From an uncultured bacterium (GTDB lineage Bacteria > Fidelibacterota > Marinisomatia > SCGC-AAA003-L08 > JACNLC01), in NCBI GenBank assembly GCA_964527215.1, contig CAZGNZ010000001.1, positions 1,276-65,275 of the forward strand: a stretch of DNA of 64,000 nt, given 5' to 3'. This document shows, piece after piece, positions 54,656-64,000 of this stretch. A program made the translations under genes and the position numbers. The notes under the pieces were generated by a model. It was given only the letters and a program-made list of their open reading frames with translations. It did no database searches and had not been told where the DNA came from. Within the stretch, counting starts at the first letter, position 1; each line of letters begins with the position of its first letter.

Positions 54656-55053
54656 AAATGAATTCTCGAAATAAACTGATCTTGCTGATCAGCTATGCTT
54701 TGTGTATTCTAATACTGTCTTCAATTCCCGGTGACGGATTTTCAAAACTTAGTATCCTGTGGACCAGCGATAAACTGGCGCATTTTCTGGAATACTCCGT
54801 ATTTGGCTTCCTGCTGCATTTTTCCGGTTTATTCCAGAACGATCTCAGACGGCGGGTTCTCTATATTGCGTTTCTGTATCTTGCATTTCCGTTATTTGAT
54901 GAAATATACCAGAGCATCATCCCCGGCAGAACCACAGACCATCTGGATCTTTTGGCAGATTATGCCGGAGAACTGACTGGAATTACGATTTCTATTCTGA
55001 TCCAACTGCCTGCAGTTATTCGGATCCGCCGGCATACCGGTCCGGTGAAATAG
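54652..55053 (+). CDS. VanZ-family membrane protein
   Basis: 133 aa, 4 TM. DKLAHFLEYSVFGFLL and FDEIYQSIIPGRTTDHLDLLADYAG. Confidence 0.75.
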   Translation: MKMNSRNKLILLISYALCILILSSIPGDGFSKLSILWTSDKLAHFLEYSVFGFLLHFSGLFQNDLRRRVLYIAFLYLAFPLFDEIYQSIIPGRTTDHLDLLADYAGELTGITISILIQLPAVIRIRRHTGPVK

Positions 55054-55160
55054 TCGTACTATGCTGGAGTAATCTGCCAGCGTCAATCTGAGATTTGTTC
55101 ATTCAATCGGTTTTTTCAGGATGGAAATCCGACTCGGCTGAGTAAATATCTTAATCCCGC

Positions 55161-56783
55161 ATGCTGAAATTACTTACAATTAAAAACATTGCCATTATTG
55201 AAGAGCTCGAAACCAGTTTTGATCCGGGTCTCAATATCCTGACAGGAGAAACAGGATCTGGCAAAACGGTATTGGTTCAGGCAATGAAATATCTGCTGGG
55301 CGAAAGATTTCCCAAAGATGCCATCCGTACCGGTGCAGACCGTGCAGTTATCGAAGGAATATTTGAATCCGACCAGTCCGACACAGTCATCCGGCGTGTG
55401 TTTTCCAGATCCGGCTCTTCACGAAGCTTCATCAATGATGCACCTGTTACCCTGGAAGCACTTCGAAAAAAATCGGAGTATCTTACCGATATTCACGGGC
55501 AGCATGACCAGCAGCGCCTTCTGGAACCTTCCAACCATCTCGAATATCTGGATGCATTTGGAGATTACGCCGAATGCCTGAACGAAGTCCGTGATCTTTC
55601 CATTGAATTCAGCCGCTGCGAAAATGCTTTAAAGGACGAGCTCAACCAAAAAGATCATCTGAAGCAGAAAGAGGAGCTGTATCAGTTTCAACTGACAGAA
55701 CTGGAGCAGATGGAATACAGCACGGGCCTCGATGAAGAACTTGAACTGGAATACAGACTGCTGTCCAATGCCGCTGATATTCGGCTCAGGCTGAATCAAC
55801 TGCTTAAAGTTCTGGATGATACGGATGCATCAGCAACCGGAAATCTGGGAAAGGCGATGAATATTCTTGGACCGGTGACTCAATTTGATCCTGCTTTGTC
55901 GGTGTTTGAAGAACGGTTGTCTGGTATCCGGATTGATACACAGGACCTGGTTCAGGAAATCGCTGCATATTTCGGGAAAGTAACGGTTGACGATGAACGG
56001 CTGGCTGATATTGAATCGCAAATACAGCATCTGGAAATGCTGAAACGCAAATACGGCGGGACTTTGGAGCTGGTGGCAGCATATCATGAAAAAATCTCTA
56101 ATGAACTGAAGCAGCTGAATCACAGCGATGATACAATCACACGATTAAAGAAAGAACTGGACCGGATCAAAGCTGCTTACAGCCAAAGCGGGCGGAAGCT
56201 TTCCCGGTACAGGAAGGAACACGCAGTAAAATTCGAGGAAAAGGTCGGCCTGATTCTTCAGGAGCTTTCTATGGCTCAGACGGTATTCCAGATTGTGTTT
56301 ACCCGTGTGCCGGAGGGCAGTGTCATCGAAACCGGCCTTGAAACCTGTGAATTTTTTATATCCACAAATATTGGCGAAGAAAAACGCCCTTTGGCTCGTA
56401 TCGCATCAGGAGGGGAGCTTTCCCGCATCATGCTGGCTATCAAAGTCTCCCTTCAGCAGAACGATCCAGTGGATACGTTGATTTTTGATGAAGTCGATTC
56501 CGGTATTTCCGGATCCACAGCTCAGCAGTTGGGAAAGGTCATTCAGAATCTGTCCCAGTTTCATCAGATCATTGTCATTACGCACCTTCCTCAGATTGCC
56601 AGCTGCGGCCGAAGTCACTTCAGGATCAAGAAGATAACGGATGAGGGACGCACACGGTCTGAAATGATAAAACTCACAGCAGCTGAACGGCGGCAGGAGA
56701 TCGCCGGCTTGATCAGCGGCACGAAGGTCACGGAATCGAGTATCAGTCAGGCTGAACAGCTAATTTTGGAAAGCAATGGATAA
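55161..56783 (+). CDS. recN: DNA repair protein RecN
   Basis: MLKLLTIKNIAIIEELETSF, Walker A LTGETGSGKT, coiled coil, ASGGELSRIMLAIK and Walker B LIFDEVDSGISG. Confidence 0.93.
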   Translation: MLKLLTIKNIAIIEELETSFDPGLNILTGETGSGKTVLVQAMKYLLGERFPKDAIRTGADRAVIEGIFESDQSDTVIRRVFSRSGSSRSFINDAPVTLEALRKKSEYLTDIHGQHDQQRLLEPSNHLEYLDAFGDYAECLNEVRDLSIEFSRCENALKDELNQKDHLKQKEELYQFQLTELEQMEYSTGLDEELELEYRLLSNAADIRLRLNQLLKVLDDTDASATGNLGKAMNILGPVTQFDPALSVFEERLSGIRIDTQDLVQEIAAYFGKVTVDDERLADIESQIQHLEMLKRKYGGTLELVAAYHEKISNELKQLNHSDDTITRLKKELDRIKAAYSQSGRKLSRYRKEHAVKFEEKVGLILQELSMAQTVFQIVFTRVPEGSVIETGLETCEFFISTNIGEEKRPLARIASGGELSRIMLAIKVSLQQNDPVDTLIFDEVDSGISGSTAQQLGKVIQNLSQFHQIIVITHLPQIASCGRSHFRIKKITDEGRTRSEMIKLTAAERRQEIAGLISGTKVTESSISQAEQLILESNG

Positions 56784-58032
56784 ATTTATTATTAACGGCG
56801 GCAGAAAATTGTCAGGTTCCGTCCCTGTAAGCGGAGCCAAGAATGCTGTTCTGCCCATCATGGCAGCCACAATCATTACCCCCGGGGAATTTGTTCTTCA
56901 CAATGTTCCGGATTTACGGGATACAAGAACCATGATCAGGCTGTTGGAAATCATCGGCGCAGTGGTTGAATTCAAAGAAGGGTCGCTGTGGATTGATACC
57001 CGCAGCTGCGATCACCCTGAAGCTCCCTATGATGTCGTAAAAACGATGCGGGCCAGTTTTGATGTCCTTGGACCCTTAATGAGCAGGTTCAACCAGGCAC
57101 GGGTGTCTTTGCCGGGAGGCTGCGCCTGGGGACCCAGACCGGTCGATCTGCATTTGAAGGCCATTAAAGCAATGGGGGGAACCGTTGAATTGGCAGAAGG
57201 ATATATAAAAACATCCGGCAGACTTCATGGTGCGGATATTGTGTTTGAAATTTCAAGTGTGGGTGCTACCAAAAATGCAATGATGGCAGCCGTGAGGGCT
57301 AATGGACAGACGACTATTCACAATGCTGCCAGGGAGCCTGAAGTCACGGAACTGTGTCTGTTTCTTCAAAAAATGGGAGCGCAAATATCAGGTGCCGGAA
57401 CCAGCCGCTTAATAATCGAAGGCTCCGCACAATTGAACGGGGGATTTGAGTATTCCATTCTGCCTGACCGCATTGAAGCCGGGACCTATCTTATCGCCGG
57501 TGCGATGACGCGCAGTGATATTGAACTGCAAAACACCAATCCCCGCCATCTCGGGATTGTTCTGGACAAGCTGCAGTCAATCGGTCTTGATCTGACCATC
57601 ACTCAGGATTCAATCCGTATGCGGTCAGCCGGCTCAATTCAGTCGGCTGATATTACAACTGCCCCCTATCCGGGATTCCCTACTGATCTGCAGGCACAAT
57701 GGATGGCTCTGATGACCACAGCTTCAGGCAGTTCTCTAATCAAAGAAGAGATATACAAAGACAGGTTTACTCATGTTGCCGAACTGACCCGTCTGGGGTG
57801 TCGGATCAGACTGGAAGGGAATGTGGCCATAGTGGAAGGAATTGATAAATTGATTGGGGCCCCGGTGATGTCCACGGATATTCGTGCCAGTGCTTCACTG
57901 GTCATTGCAGGGCTGGCCGCGGAAGGCACCACGGAAGTCTCCCGTGTGTATCATATCGACAGGGGCTACGATCAAATCGTCCGGAAATTCTGGAATCTGG
58001 GAGCGGACATCACCCGGGCTGCCGACGACTGA
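56776..58032 (+). CDS. murA: UDP-N-acetylglucosamine 1-carboxyvinyltransferase
   Basis: MDKFIINGGRKLSGSVPVSGAKNAVLPIMAA, the active-site loop LPGGCAWGPRPVDLH, and FPTDLQAQ. Confidence 0.95.
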   Translation: MDKFIINGGRKLSGSVPVSGAKNAVLPIMAATIITPGEFVLHNVPDLRDTRTMIRLLEIIGAVVEFKEGSLWIDTRSCDHPEAPYDVVKTMRASFDVLGPLMSRFNQARVSLPGGCAWGPRPVDLHLKAIKAMGGTVELAEGYIKTSGRLHGADIVFEISSVGATKNAMMAAVRANGQTTIHNAAREPEVTELCLFLQKMGAQISGAGTSRLIIEGSAQLNGGFEYSILPDRIEAGTYLIAGAMTRSDIELQNTNPRHLGIVLDKLQSIGLDLTITQDSIRMRSAGSIQSADITTAPYPGFPTDLQAQWMALMTTASGSSLIKEEIYKDRFTHVAELTRLGCRIRLEGNVAIVEGIDKLIGAPVMSTDIRASASLVIAGLAAEGTTEVSRVYHIDRGYDQIVRKFWNLGADITRAADD

Positions 58033-58131
58033 AAATGCTGAAAAGTATTGTTACATAGGAAAATGCACCTATACCTTGCAAGTAGTCCGACCGCTATTAT
58101 AATTTAGTGTTGTCATAATTAGGAGATTTAA

Positions 58132-58887
58132 ATGAAGAATATCAGACTCATCACAATTGCCGTAACCGCTCTCTCATTCATTTTTGCCGGTACTGCCACT
58201 GTGGGGTTCCAGAAAGCCGAATTGACCCGTGGCGCAGGCAGCAGTTCTGCCGTGGAAATGTTTGTGGCTGCTGAAAGTGATGTCTATGGTCTGCAGTTCG
58301 AAATTTCATATAACACCGATGAACTGACGCTGGTTAATGCTGAATCTGCGTTGGAAGGTTACACTTTCAATTACAAGGAAAAGGAAAACGGTGTAATCCG
58401 GGGTCTCCTTTTCAGTATGCAGGGTTCAGAATTATTGGCCGGTGATCAGACCGCTTCTGTGGTTCACTTTGAATTTGATTCTGTTCCGGGGTTTGACGGA
58501 ACCAGCATTATCGAGTTCAATGAAGTGATTCTGGCAGGTGAACATGGACAGGAAATTGCAGTGAATGCAAGTACCCAGGAAGTTACTTTCTCGGGTTCCC
58601 TCATTCCGCAGACAACATCACTATCAGACAACTATCCAAATCCTTTTAACCCGAGCACAACCTTACCGTATTCCATTAAGGAAGCCGGATTTGTTTCAAT
58701 TTCAGTATATGACCTCACAGGTGCTGAAGTTGTTACCCTGGTGTCAGGATATCGTGAACCTGGTCAATACAAAGCTGTATGGAATGGTATGAACCGGGAC
58801 GGTGGTCCCGTAGCCAGCGGCCGTTATATTGCCAAAATGGTTGCCCCTGGTTATAAGGAATCCATTACCATGACCCTTTTGAAATAG
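58132..58887 (+). CDS. Secreted cohesin-like domain protein with T9SS-type C-terminal sorting domain
   Basis: Signal peptide. A cohesin-like segment VEMFVAAESDVYGLQFEISYNTDELTLVNAES. CTD LSDNYPNPFNPSTTLPYSIKEAGFVSISVYDLTGAEV...YIAKMVAPGYKESITMTLLK. Confidence 0.65.
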   Translation: MKNIRLITIAVTALSFIFAGTATVGFQKAELTRGAGSSSAVEMFVAAESDVYGLQFEISYNTDELTLVNAESALEGYTFNYKEKENGVIRGLLFSMQGSELLAGDQTASVVHFEFDSVPGFDGTSIIEFNEVILAGEHGQEIAVNASTQEVTFSGSLIPQTTSLSDNYPNPFNPSTTLPYSIKEAGFVSISVYDLTGAEVVTLVSGYREPGQYKAVWNGMNRDGGPVASGRYIAKMVAPGYKESITMTLLK

Positions 58888-58912
58888 CTTAAAGGTTTTT
58901 CTGTTTCTATTT

Positions 58913-58940
58913 GCCCCCGGTTTCCGGGGGCTTTTTTTTT
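58913..58940 (+). terminator. Rho-independent terminator
   Basis: GCCCCCGG-TTT-CCGGGGGC followed by TTTTTTTTT. Confidence 0.9.
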
Positions 58941-59033
58941 GATTATTGCCGGGGTGCTATTCCTTGGATTTCTGAGGCAATAAAAGATAAAATTACCTTA
59001 TTATTAATTCATTGATTGGAATAATTTAACCGT

Positions 59034-60380
59034 ATGTCAGAAAAAGTCGTCATCATCGGTGCCGGAGAAGTCGGATACAACCTGGCTCTCCGTTTTGCCC
59101 GGGAAGATTACGATATCACCGTTGTAGATATTGACCCCGAAAAATGCAGGATTGTGAAAAGCACGGTAGATGCAAATGTCATCGAGGGAGACGGTGCTTC
59201 TCAAAGAATTCTCCAGCAAATCAATATGCCGGAAATAGATATTTTTCTGGCACTGAGCCGGATTGATGAAGTGAATCTCGTGTCTTCGCGCATTGCAAAA
59301 CGCATGGGGGCTCGAAAAGTTATCAGCCGACTAAGAAATACCGAGTATCAGCATCCAAATGCAGTTGTAACACCCGGGCAGTTTGGAATTGATTTTGTAA
59401 CCTATCCGGAAAAAGCAGCCCAGAAAGAAATTGAGCTGCTTATTCGACAGCCGGCATCCAGTGAGTTAAAAGGATTTGCCGATGGGAAAATCATACTGAT
59501 GGGACTCAAACTGGAGGGTTCATCCCCTCTGGTGGGACGCACTGCCCAGAATGTTGAACTTTCAAATCCGTTTATCCGGCATAAACTGGTGGTGGTCGTT
59601 CGGGAAGAAAAGACCTTTATACCCCATCAGGACACCAAGTACCGCAAGGACGATATTATCTTTATGGTTGGAAACAGCCGTGACATGAAGCAGATTCAGG
59701 TTATGTGCGGGAGACCTGTAATGGACAACCGCAATATTCTCATTCTGGGTGCCGGAAAAATGGGTCGGCTGCTGGCAAAAGCGCTTGAGAACGATTATGA
59801 TATCCGTATCATTGAAAAGGACAAAGAGAAAGCGGAAAGAGCCGGACTGAAACTGCCAAACACACTTATTCTGAATGACAACGGAACCAATATTGAACTG
59901 CTGGAATCCGAGCGTATTCACGAAGTGGACTGCTTCATTGCAGTGACAGACAGTGAACAAACCAACATTCTCAGCAGCGTACTGGCAAAGCATCTGGGCG
60001 TAAAACAAGTCATTACCCATATTACAACATCCGCATATATCCCGGCTGTAAGACGAATTGGTGTGGATGCAGTTGTGAGTAAAAACATTGCCGCAGTCAA
60101 TGAAGTCATAAATTTCCTCAAAAGTGACGGAGCTGTATCAATATCCCGATTTGATGAACTGGGTATTGAAGCTGTGGAGTTGAAAGTTCAGGCCAACTGC
60201 AAATATATCCGAAAAAAAATGACCCTGGAAAAAATTCCCGCCACCATCTCATTCGGCGCGCTTGTTCGCAATGACACGGTTGAAATACCCAATCCACATA
60301 CCATTATTCAGCAGGATGACACACTGCTGCTCTTCACAAAACCTGAAAATATCGGTTTAACTGAGCGGCTGTTTATCTGA
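59034..60380 (+). CDS. trkA: Trk potassium uptake system protein TrkA (two RCK/NAD-binding repeats)
   Basis: VVIIGAGEVGYNLA and ILILGAGKMGRLLA Rossmann motifs, each followed by an RCK_C-like segment. Confidence 0.9.
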   Translation: MSEKVVIIGAGEVGYNLALRFAREDYDITVVDIDPEKCRIVKSTVDANVIEGDGASQRILQQINMPEIDIFLALSRIDEVNLVSSRIAKRMGARKVISRLRNTEYQHPNAVVTPGQFGIDFVTYPEKAAQKEIELLIRQPASSELKGFADGKIILMGLKLEGSSPLVGRTAQNVELSNPFIRHKLVVVVREEKTFIPHQDTKYRKDDIIFMVGNSRDMKQIQVMCGRPVMDNRNILILGAGKMGRLLAKALENDYDIRIIEKDKEKAERAGLKLPNTLILNDNGTNIELLESERIHEVDCFIAVTDSEQTNILSSVLAKHLGVKQVITHITTSAYIPAVRRIGVDAVVSKNIAAVNEVINFLKSDGAVSISRFDELGIEAVELKVQANCKYIRKKMTLEKIPATISFGALVRNDTVEIPNPHTIIQQDDTLLLFTKPENIGLTERLFI

Positions 60381-60393
60381 TCATTATAGATTC

Positions 60394-61851
60394 ATGAATA
60401 AAAAAGCGGTTTTCCACATCATTTTCATTATCCAGATTCTACTGGGTTTGTCAATGCTGCTGGCGGCTGCCTGGGCATGGGTTTATAATGATGGTGACTT
60501 GATCCCAATCCTGAAATCTTCAGGGATATCTGTCGGAGTCGGTCTGATCGGCGCTGTTGTCACACGCCAAAAATTTGAACTGACAATTAAAGACGGGTTT
60601 GCAATTGTTACCATCGGTTGGATTTCCATGGCTGCTACCAGCGCACTGCCGGCATATCTTTCCGGAGCCCTTCCCACATACACGGATGCATATTTTGAAG
60701 CCATATCCGGACTGACCACTACCGGTGCGAGTGTGCTGGGACACAGCTCAACAGGCGTCATTGAAGATGTCCCTCATGGCGTACTGTTCTGGCGCAGCTT
60801 TACCCATTTTATCGGCGGAATGGGGATTATCGTATTCAGTATTGCCATTCTGCCGCTGCTCGGAATGGGCGGAGTGCAGCTGTTTAAAGCAGAAGTTGCC
60901 GGACCCGTGGCAGACAAACTGACCCCAAGGGTTCAGCAGACCGCAAAATACCTCTGGGGGATTTATGTCGGATTTGTCGGTCTGGAAACAGTCATCCTGA
61001 AACTGGAGGGTCTGACTTGGTTTGACGCCATGTGCCATGCATTCGGGACCATGGCAACCGGTGGATTTTCCACCAAAAGTGCCAGTATCGGATTTTATCA
61101 GTCTGGACTGATTGAATGGACCATCATTATATTCATGTTCCTGGCTGCCACCAATTTTTCACTTCATTATCAGACCATCACCGCCCGCAGAATCCGGTAT
61201 TTCCGGGATGCGGAATTTCGGTTCTATTTTATTGCCACCACTATGTTTGCCCTTATAATCGGCGCAGATATTGCCATCCACCACTACGGTTGGGGACTGG
61301 ATGCCCTGCGACATGGATTTTTTACAACGGTTTCCCTGTTTACCACTACCGGATTCGGAACGGAAGATTTTGAAGCCTGGTCACCTCTGTCAAAAACCCT
61401 TTCCTTTTTCCTGTTTTTTGTGGGAGGCTGTGCAGGGTCAACCACCGGTGCGCTGAAAGTCATACGTACTATTCTGGTTCTGAAATATCTGCAGCTTGAA
61501 TTGAGAAAACTGCTTCATCCAAAAGGCGTGTTTCCTTTGACTATTGGAAAGCGCATTATCCCGGACGATGTCGTAAAAAACACTTTGGGATTCTATCTTT
61601 TTTACATCTTTATTTTTGTTCTGTCAACCATGATTTTTGCATTTCTGGGAATAGACACCCTCACGTCACTGTCTGCTTCCGCCTCGGCTCTGGGAAATAT
61701 TGGTCCTGGACTGGGTACTATCGGACCGACTGAAAACTGGGGGCACTTTCCGATTCTGGCAAAATGGCTTTCCAGTTTTCTGATGCTGTTGGGCAGGCTG
61801 GAAATATTCACTGTAATGGTACTTTTTAGCAGGAGCTTCTGGAAAAGATGA
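60394..61851 (+). CDS. trkH: Trk potassium uptake system membrane protein TrkH
   Basis: 485 aa, polytopic. Selectivity-filter-like repeats SGLTTTGASV, MATGGFST, TTTGFGT and LGNIGPGLG. Confidence 0.9.
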   Translation: MNKKAVFHIIFIIQILLGLSMLLAAAWAWVYNDGDLIPILKSSGISVGVGLIGAVVTRQKFELTIKDGFAIVTIGWISMAATSALPAYLSGALPTYTDAYFEAISGLTTTGASVLGHSSTGVIEDVPHGVLFWRSFTHFIGGMGIIVFSIAILPLLGMGGVQLFKAEVAGPVADKLTPRVQQTAKYLWGIYVGFVGLETVILKLEGLTWFDAMCHAFGTMATGGFSTKSASIGFYQSGLIEWTIIIFMFLAATNFSLHYQTITARRIRYFRDAEFRFYFIATTMFALIIGADIAIHHYGWGLDALRHGFFTTVSLFTTTGFGTEDFEAWSPLSKTLSFFLFFVGGCAGSTTGALKVIRTILVLKYLQLELRKLLHPKGVFPLTIGKRIIPDDVVKNTLGFYLFYIFIFVLSTMIFAFLGIDTLTSLSASASALGNIGPGLGTIGPTENWGHFPILAKWLSSFLMLLGRLEIFTVMVLFSRSFWKR

Positions 61852-62624
61852 ATACTATCAAATTGAATATCAACAATAAAATCGCAACCGTCACCATTAA
61901 CCGACCGGACAGTCTTAATGCACTGAATGGAGAGGTTTTGACAGACATGACTGAAACCTTCGAGTCATTGAAACAGACCGGTGAGGTTGGCGTGGTAATT
62001 CTCACGGGTGCAGGAGAAAAGGCGTTTATTGCCGGAGCGGATATCAAGGAAATGAGCCGCATGACGCCTGAAGAAGCATACGAATATTCCAGGAAAGGTC
62101 AGCGTCTTACAGAACTGATAGAGACGTTTCCCAAACCGGTCATTGCCGCGGTAAACGGATATGCCCTGGGCGGTGGATGTGAGTTTGCAATGGCCTGCCA
62201 TATTCGATATGCAGGAGAGAATGCGGTTTTCGGACAACCTGAAGTCGGCCTTGGACTTATCGCGGGTTTTGGCGGAACTCAGAGACTTCCGCGGCTGATC
62301 GGGAAAGGCCGTGCGCTGGAACTGCTGCTCAGCGGGAGAAATATTCGCGCTGAACAAGCCTGTCAGTGGGGACTGGTGAATGCCGTCTGTCCTGCTGAGG
62401 AACTCATCCCTGCTGTTGAAAAACTGGCTTCCGGAATATTGAGAAACGGACCTGCCGCGGTAGCACTATCGGTTTCAGCCGTAAATCAGGGACTCGACTC
62501 TCCCTTGGAAAAAGCTTTGGAGATTGAAGCTGACCAGTTCCGTGAAGTATTCCGCACGTCCGATAAAGACGAAGGACTGCAGGCATTTGTTGAAAAGCGT
62601 AAACCGGTTTTCACAGGTGAATGA
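61848..62624 (+). CDS. Enoyl-CoA hydratase/isomerase family (crotonase)
   Basis: ITINRPDSLNALN, GAGEKAFIAGADIKEM, AAVNGYALGGGCEFAMACH and GQPEVGLGLIAGFGGTQRL. Confidence 0.9.
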   Translation: MNTIKLNINNKIATVTINRPDSLNALNGEVLTDMTETFESLKQTGEVGVVILTGAGEKAFIAGADIKEMSRMTPEEAYEYSRKGQRLTELIETFPKPVIAAVNGYALGGGCEFAMACHIRYAGENAVFGQPEVGLGLIAGFGGTQRLPRLIGKGRALELLLSGRNIRAEQACQWGLVNAVCPAEELIPAVEKLASGILRNGPAAVALSVSAVNQGLDSPLEKALEIEADQFREVFRTSDKDEGLQAFVEKRKPVFTGE

Positions 62625-63002
62625 ATCGAGTGTAAACACAATCACAACAGCCTTACATGTTTAGAAAAGCATGTCTGACAGGGTGATTCGATCACAGATT
62701 TTATTCCTTACTCAATTGTCTCAACGATGTGACACTGTATTAGCATTCTTTTACCGGATTCCATGAAACAGTGACATGAGTAAGGGGCGTTTACTGAAAC
62801 AGTCCAAACCTTTCAGCAGAAGCATTCCCGGATAGGGAAGTGTATGTTAATATACAGCCTTCATATTGAACGGTTGGGTTTTCAGGATTTGATTTCGGAA
62901 GTTTTGAAAATGGTACAGGTAGGCATATTATCAAACCGTCATTTCTGGGTATATTAGAAGCCCGTTTAATACATAATCTCAGGCAGATAATAATCACGAT
63001 CA

Positions 63003-64000
63003 ATGGATAAAAAACGCATCTTTATTATTGAAGACGAACCCATCTTTGCAGAGGATTTGAAGTGCCGTCTGGAAAAAATGAATTATCAGGTCATTGGAGT
63101 TTCGCACAATGGGGAAGATGCTCTTAAAAAGCTGAGCACCACGCAGTCCGACCTGGTCATCACCGATATACAGCTTCCGGGTTCAATGGACGGAATAGAA
63201 GTCTCGGAAACGATCCGAGTGAGGTACAATACGCCTGTAATATTTTTAACAGCCTATTCCTCTCAGGAGATCATTGACCGGGTAAAAGTCACAAAGCCTG
63301 CCGGATTCATTCTAAAGCCATTCCGAGACGAGGAACTGAACTCCATTATTCAGATTGCCCTGTATCAGCATAACAATGCTCTGCAGATTCACAGCACTGA
63401 AACCCGCTATCGCTCATTCATCGAAAATGCATTTGAAATTTTTATCATCCTGGATGATGACGGGGTATTTCTGTTTATCAGTGACTCGATCAATCGCGTC
63501 ATGGGGTATATTCCTGAAGAACTGATCGGAACGAATATTATTGAGATAATCAATGAAAAGGACCGTCAGAATTTTCAGGATTATTTTTCGGACGTCAAGG
63601 CTGCCGTTCAGGGATTTCAATCGGTTGAGCTGAATCTTACTCACCGGGACCGCACCGAATTGATTCTGGAAATTACGGGAACCAATCTGCTCAGCGATCC
63701 GGCGGTACGCGGTATCATTCTGAATGCCCGTGATATCACACCCCGCCGGCTGGCGGAGATACGTAATGAGCGGAAGGGTGTGCAGCAGGAAAAACTCCTG
63801 CAGACCGCTCAAAATGTTGCCGCAAAACTTGAGCTGGATGAGGTCTTGAAACAGATTACCCACGAAGCCAATGAACTGCTTGAATCCCAGAGCAGTACTC
63901 TGTACCTGCTGGAGGACGAAAACACACTGAAACCGGTTGTCGCGGACGATCCGGAATTCGAGAATGAAATTCTTGCACAGACGATTGATGTCAATGAAAG
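63003..64000 (+). CDS. Response-regulator receiver + PAS + GAF-like signalling protein, 3' end outside the window (not in the ORF track)
   Basis: My own translation from ATG 63003 shows no stop to the window end. REC: MDKKRIFIIEDEPIFAEDL...DLVITDIQLPGSMDG...PVIFLTAY...FILKPF. PAS-like: RYRSFIENAFEIFIILDDDGVFLFISDSINRVMGYIPEELIG. A GAF-like start follows: LDEVLKQITHEANELLESQSSTLYLLEDEN. Confidence 0.8.
   Translation, partial: MDKKRIFIIEDEPIFAEDLKCRLEKMNYQVIGVSHNGEDALKKLSTTQSDLVITDIQLPGSMDGIEVSETIRVRYNTPVIFLTAYSSQEIIDRVKVTKPAGFILKPFRDEELNSIIQIALYQHNNALQIHSTETRYRSFIENAFEIFIILDDDGVFLFISDSINRVMGYIPEELIGTNIIEIINEKDRQNFQDYFSDVKAAVQGFQSVELNLTHRDRTELILEITGTNLLSDPAVRGIILNARDITPRRLAEIRNERKGVQQEKLLQTAQNVAAKLELDEVLKQITHEANELLESQSSTLYLLEDENTLKPVVADDPEFENEILAQTIDVNE

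Noticed and set aside
1-64000. CRISPR arrays, IS elements, integrases, prophage or defence-system genes, rRNA
   Set aside because: Reading all intergenic regions and all ORF translations, I found no spaced direct-repeat array. I also found no transposase, integrase or reverse-transcriptase motifs, no recognisable defence-system domains and no rRNA-like sequence.

Overview
64-kb bacterial chromosomal window with about 60 protein genes, 2 tRNAs and 1 riboswitch. I found no rRNA, CRISPR array, transposase or integrase. GGAG-type Shine-Dalgarno sites are common, and several starts are GTG or TTG. Two secreted proteins end in T9SS-type C-terminal sorting domains (NPFNPST motif). Together with the flagellin gene this suggests an uncultivated FCB-superphylum-like lineage, which is inference only. 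Most of the window is housekeeping: ribD-ribE-ribBA-ribH, folB-folK-dNK, smc, comF, pgk-tpiA-secG-tRNA-Leu, nnr, recN, murA, trkA-trkH, ggt, lepB, an M16 peptidase and a PpiD-like chaperone. Signals worth a second look: (1) a translationally coupled four-gene integral-membrane module (2151-5744) that I cannot place in any characterised family. It alternates TM-anchored alpha/beta proteins with polytopic proteins and is followed by an orphan DppD/OppD-type ABC ATPase. This is my best candidate for an undescribed system. (2) A clear TPP riboswitch (minus strand, about 21855-21950) that occludes the SD of a TonB-dependent receptor, followed by a sodium:solute symporter. This looks like a vitamin B1 or B1-precursor salvage locus without a classical thiamine transporter. 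(3) A roughly 200-nt intergenic repeat present twice (23.4 kb and 35.9 kb). The second copy carries a structured 155-nt insertion whose 3' 53 nt is duplicated again just upstream of an ECF sigma gene. (4) An ECF sigma / anti-sigma / Spy-like chaperone / extremely Tyr-Trp-Asp-Asn-rich lipoprotein / beta-barrel operon (36439-39621). (5) A fused RNase HII-YraN protein. (6) A 935-bp region with no intact ORF that appears to hold a decayed gene. All functional calls come from reading motifs by eye; no database search was run.
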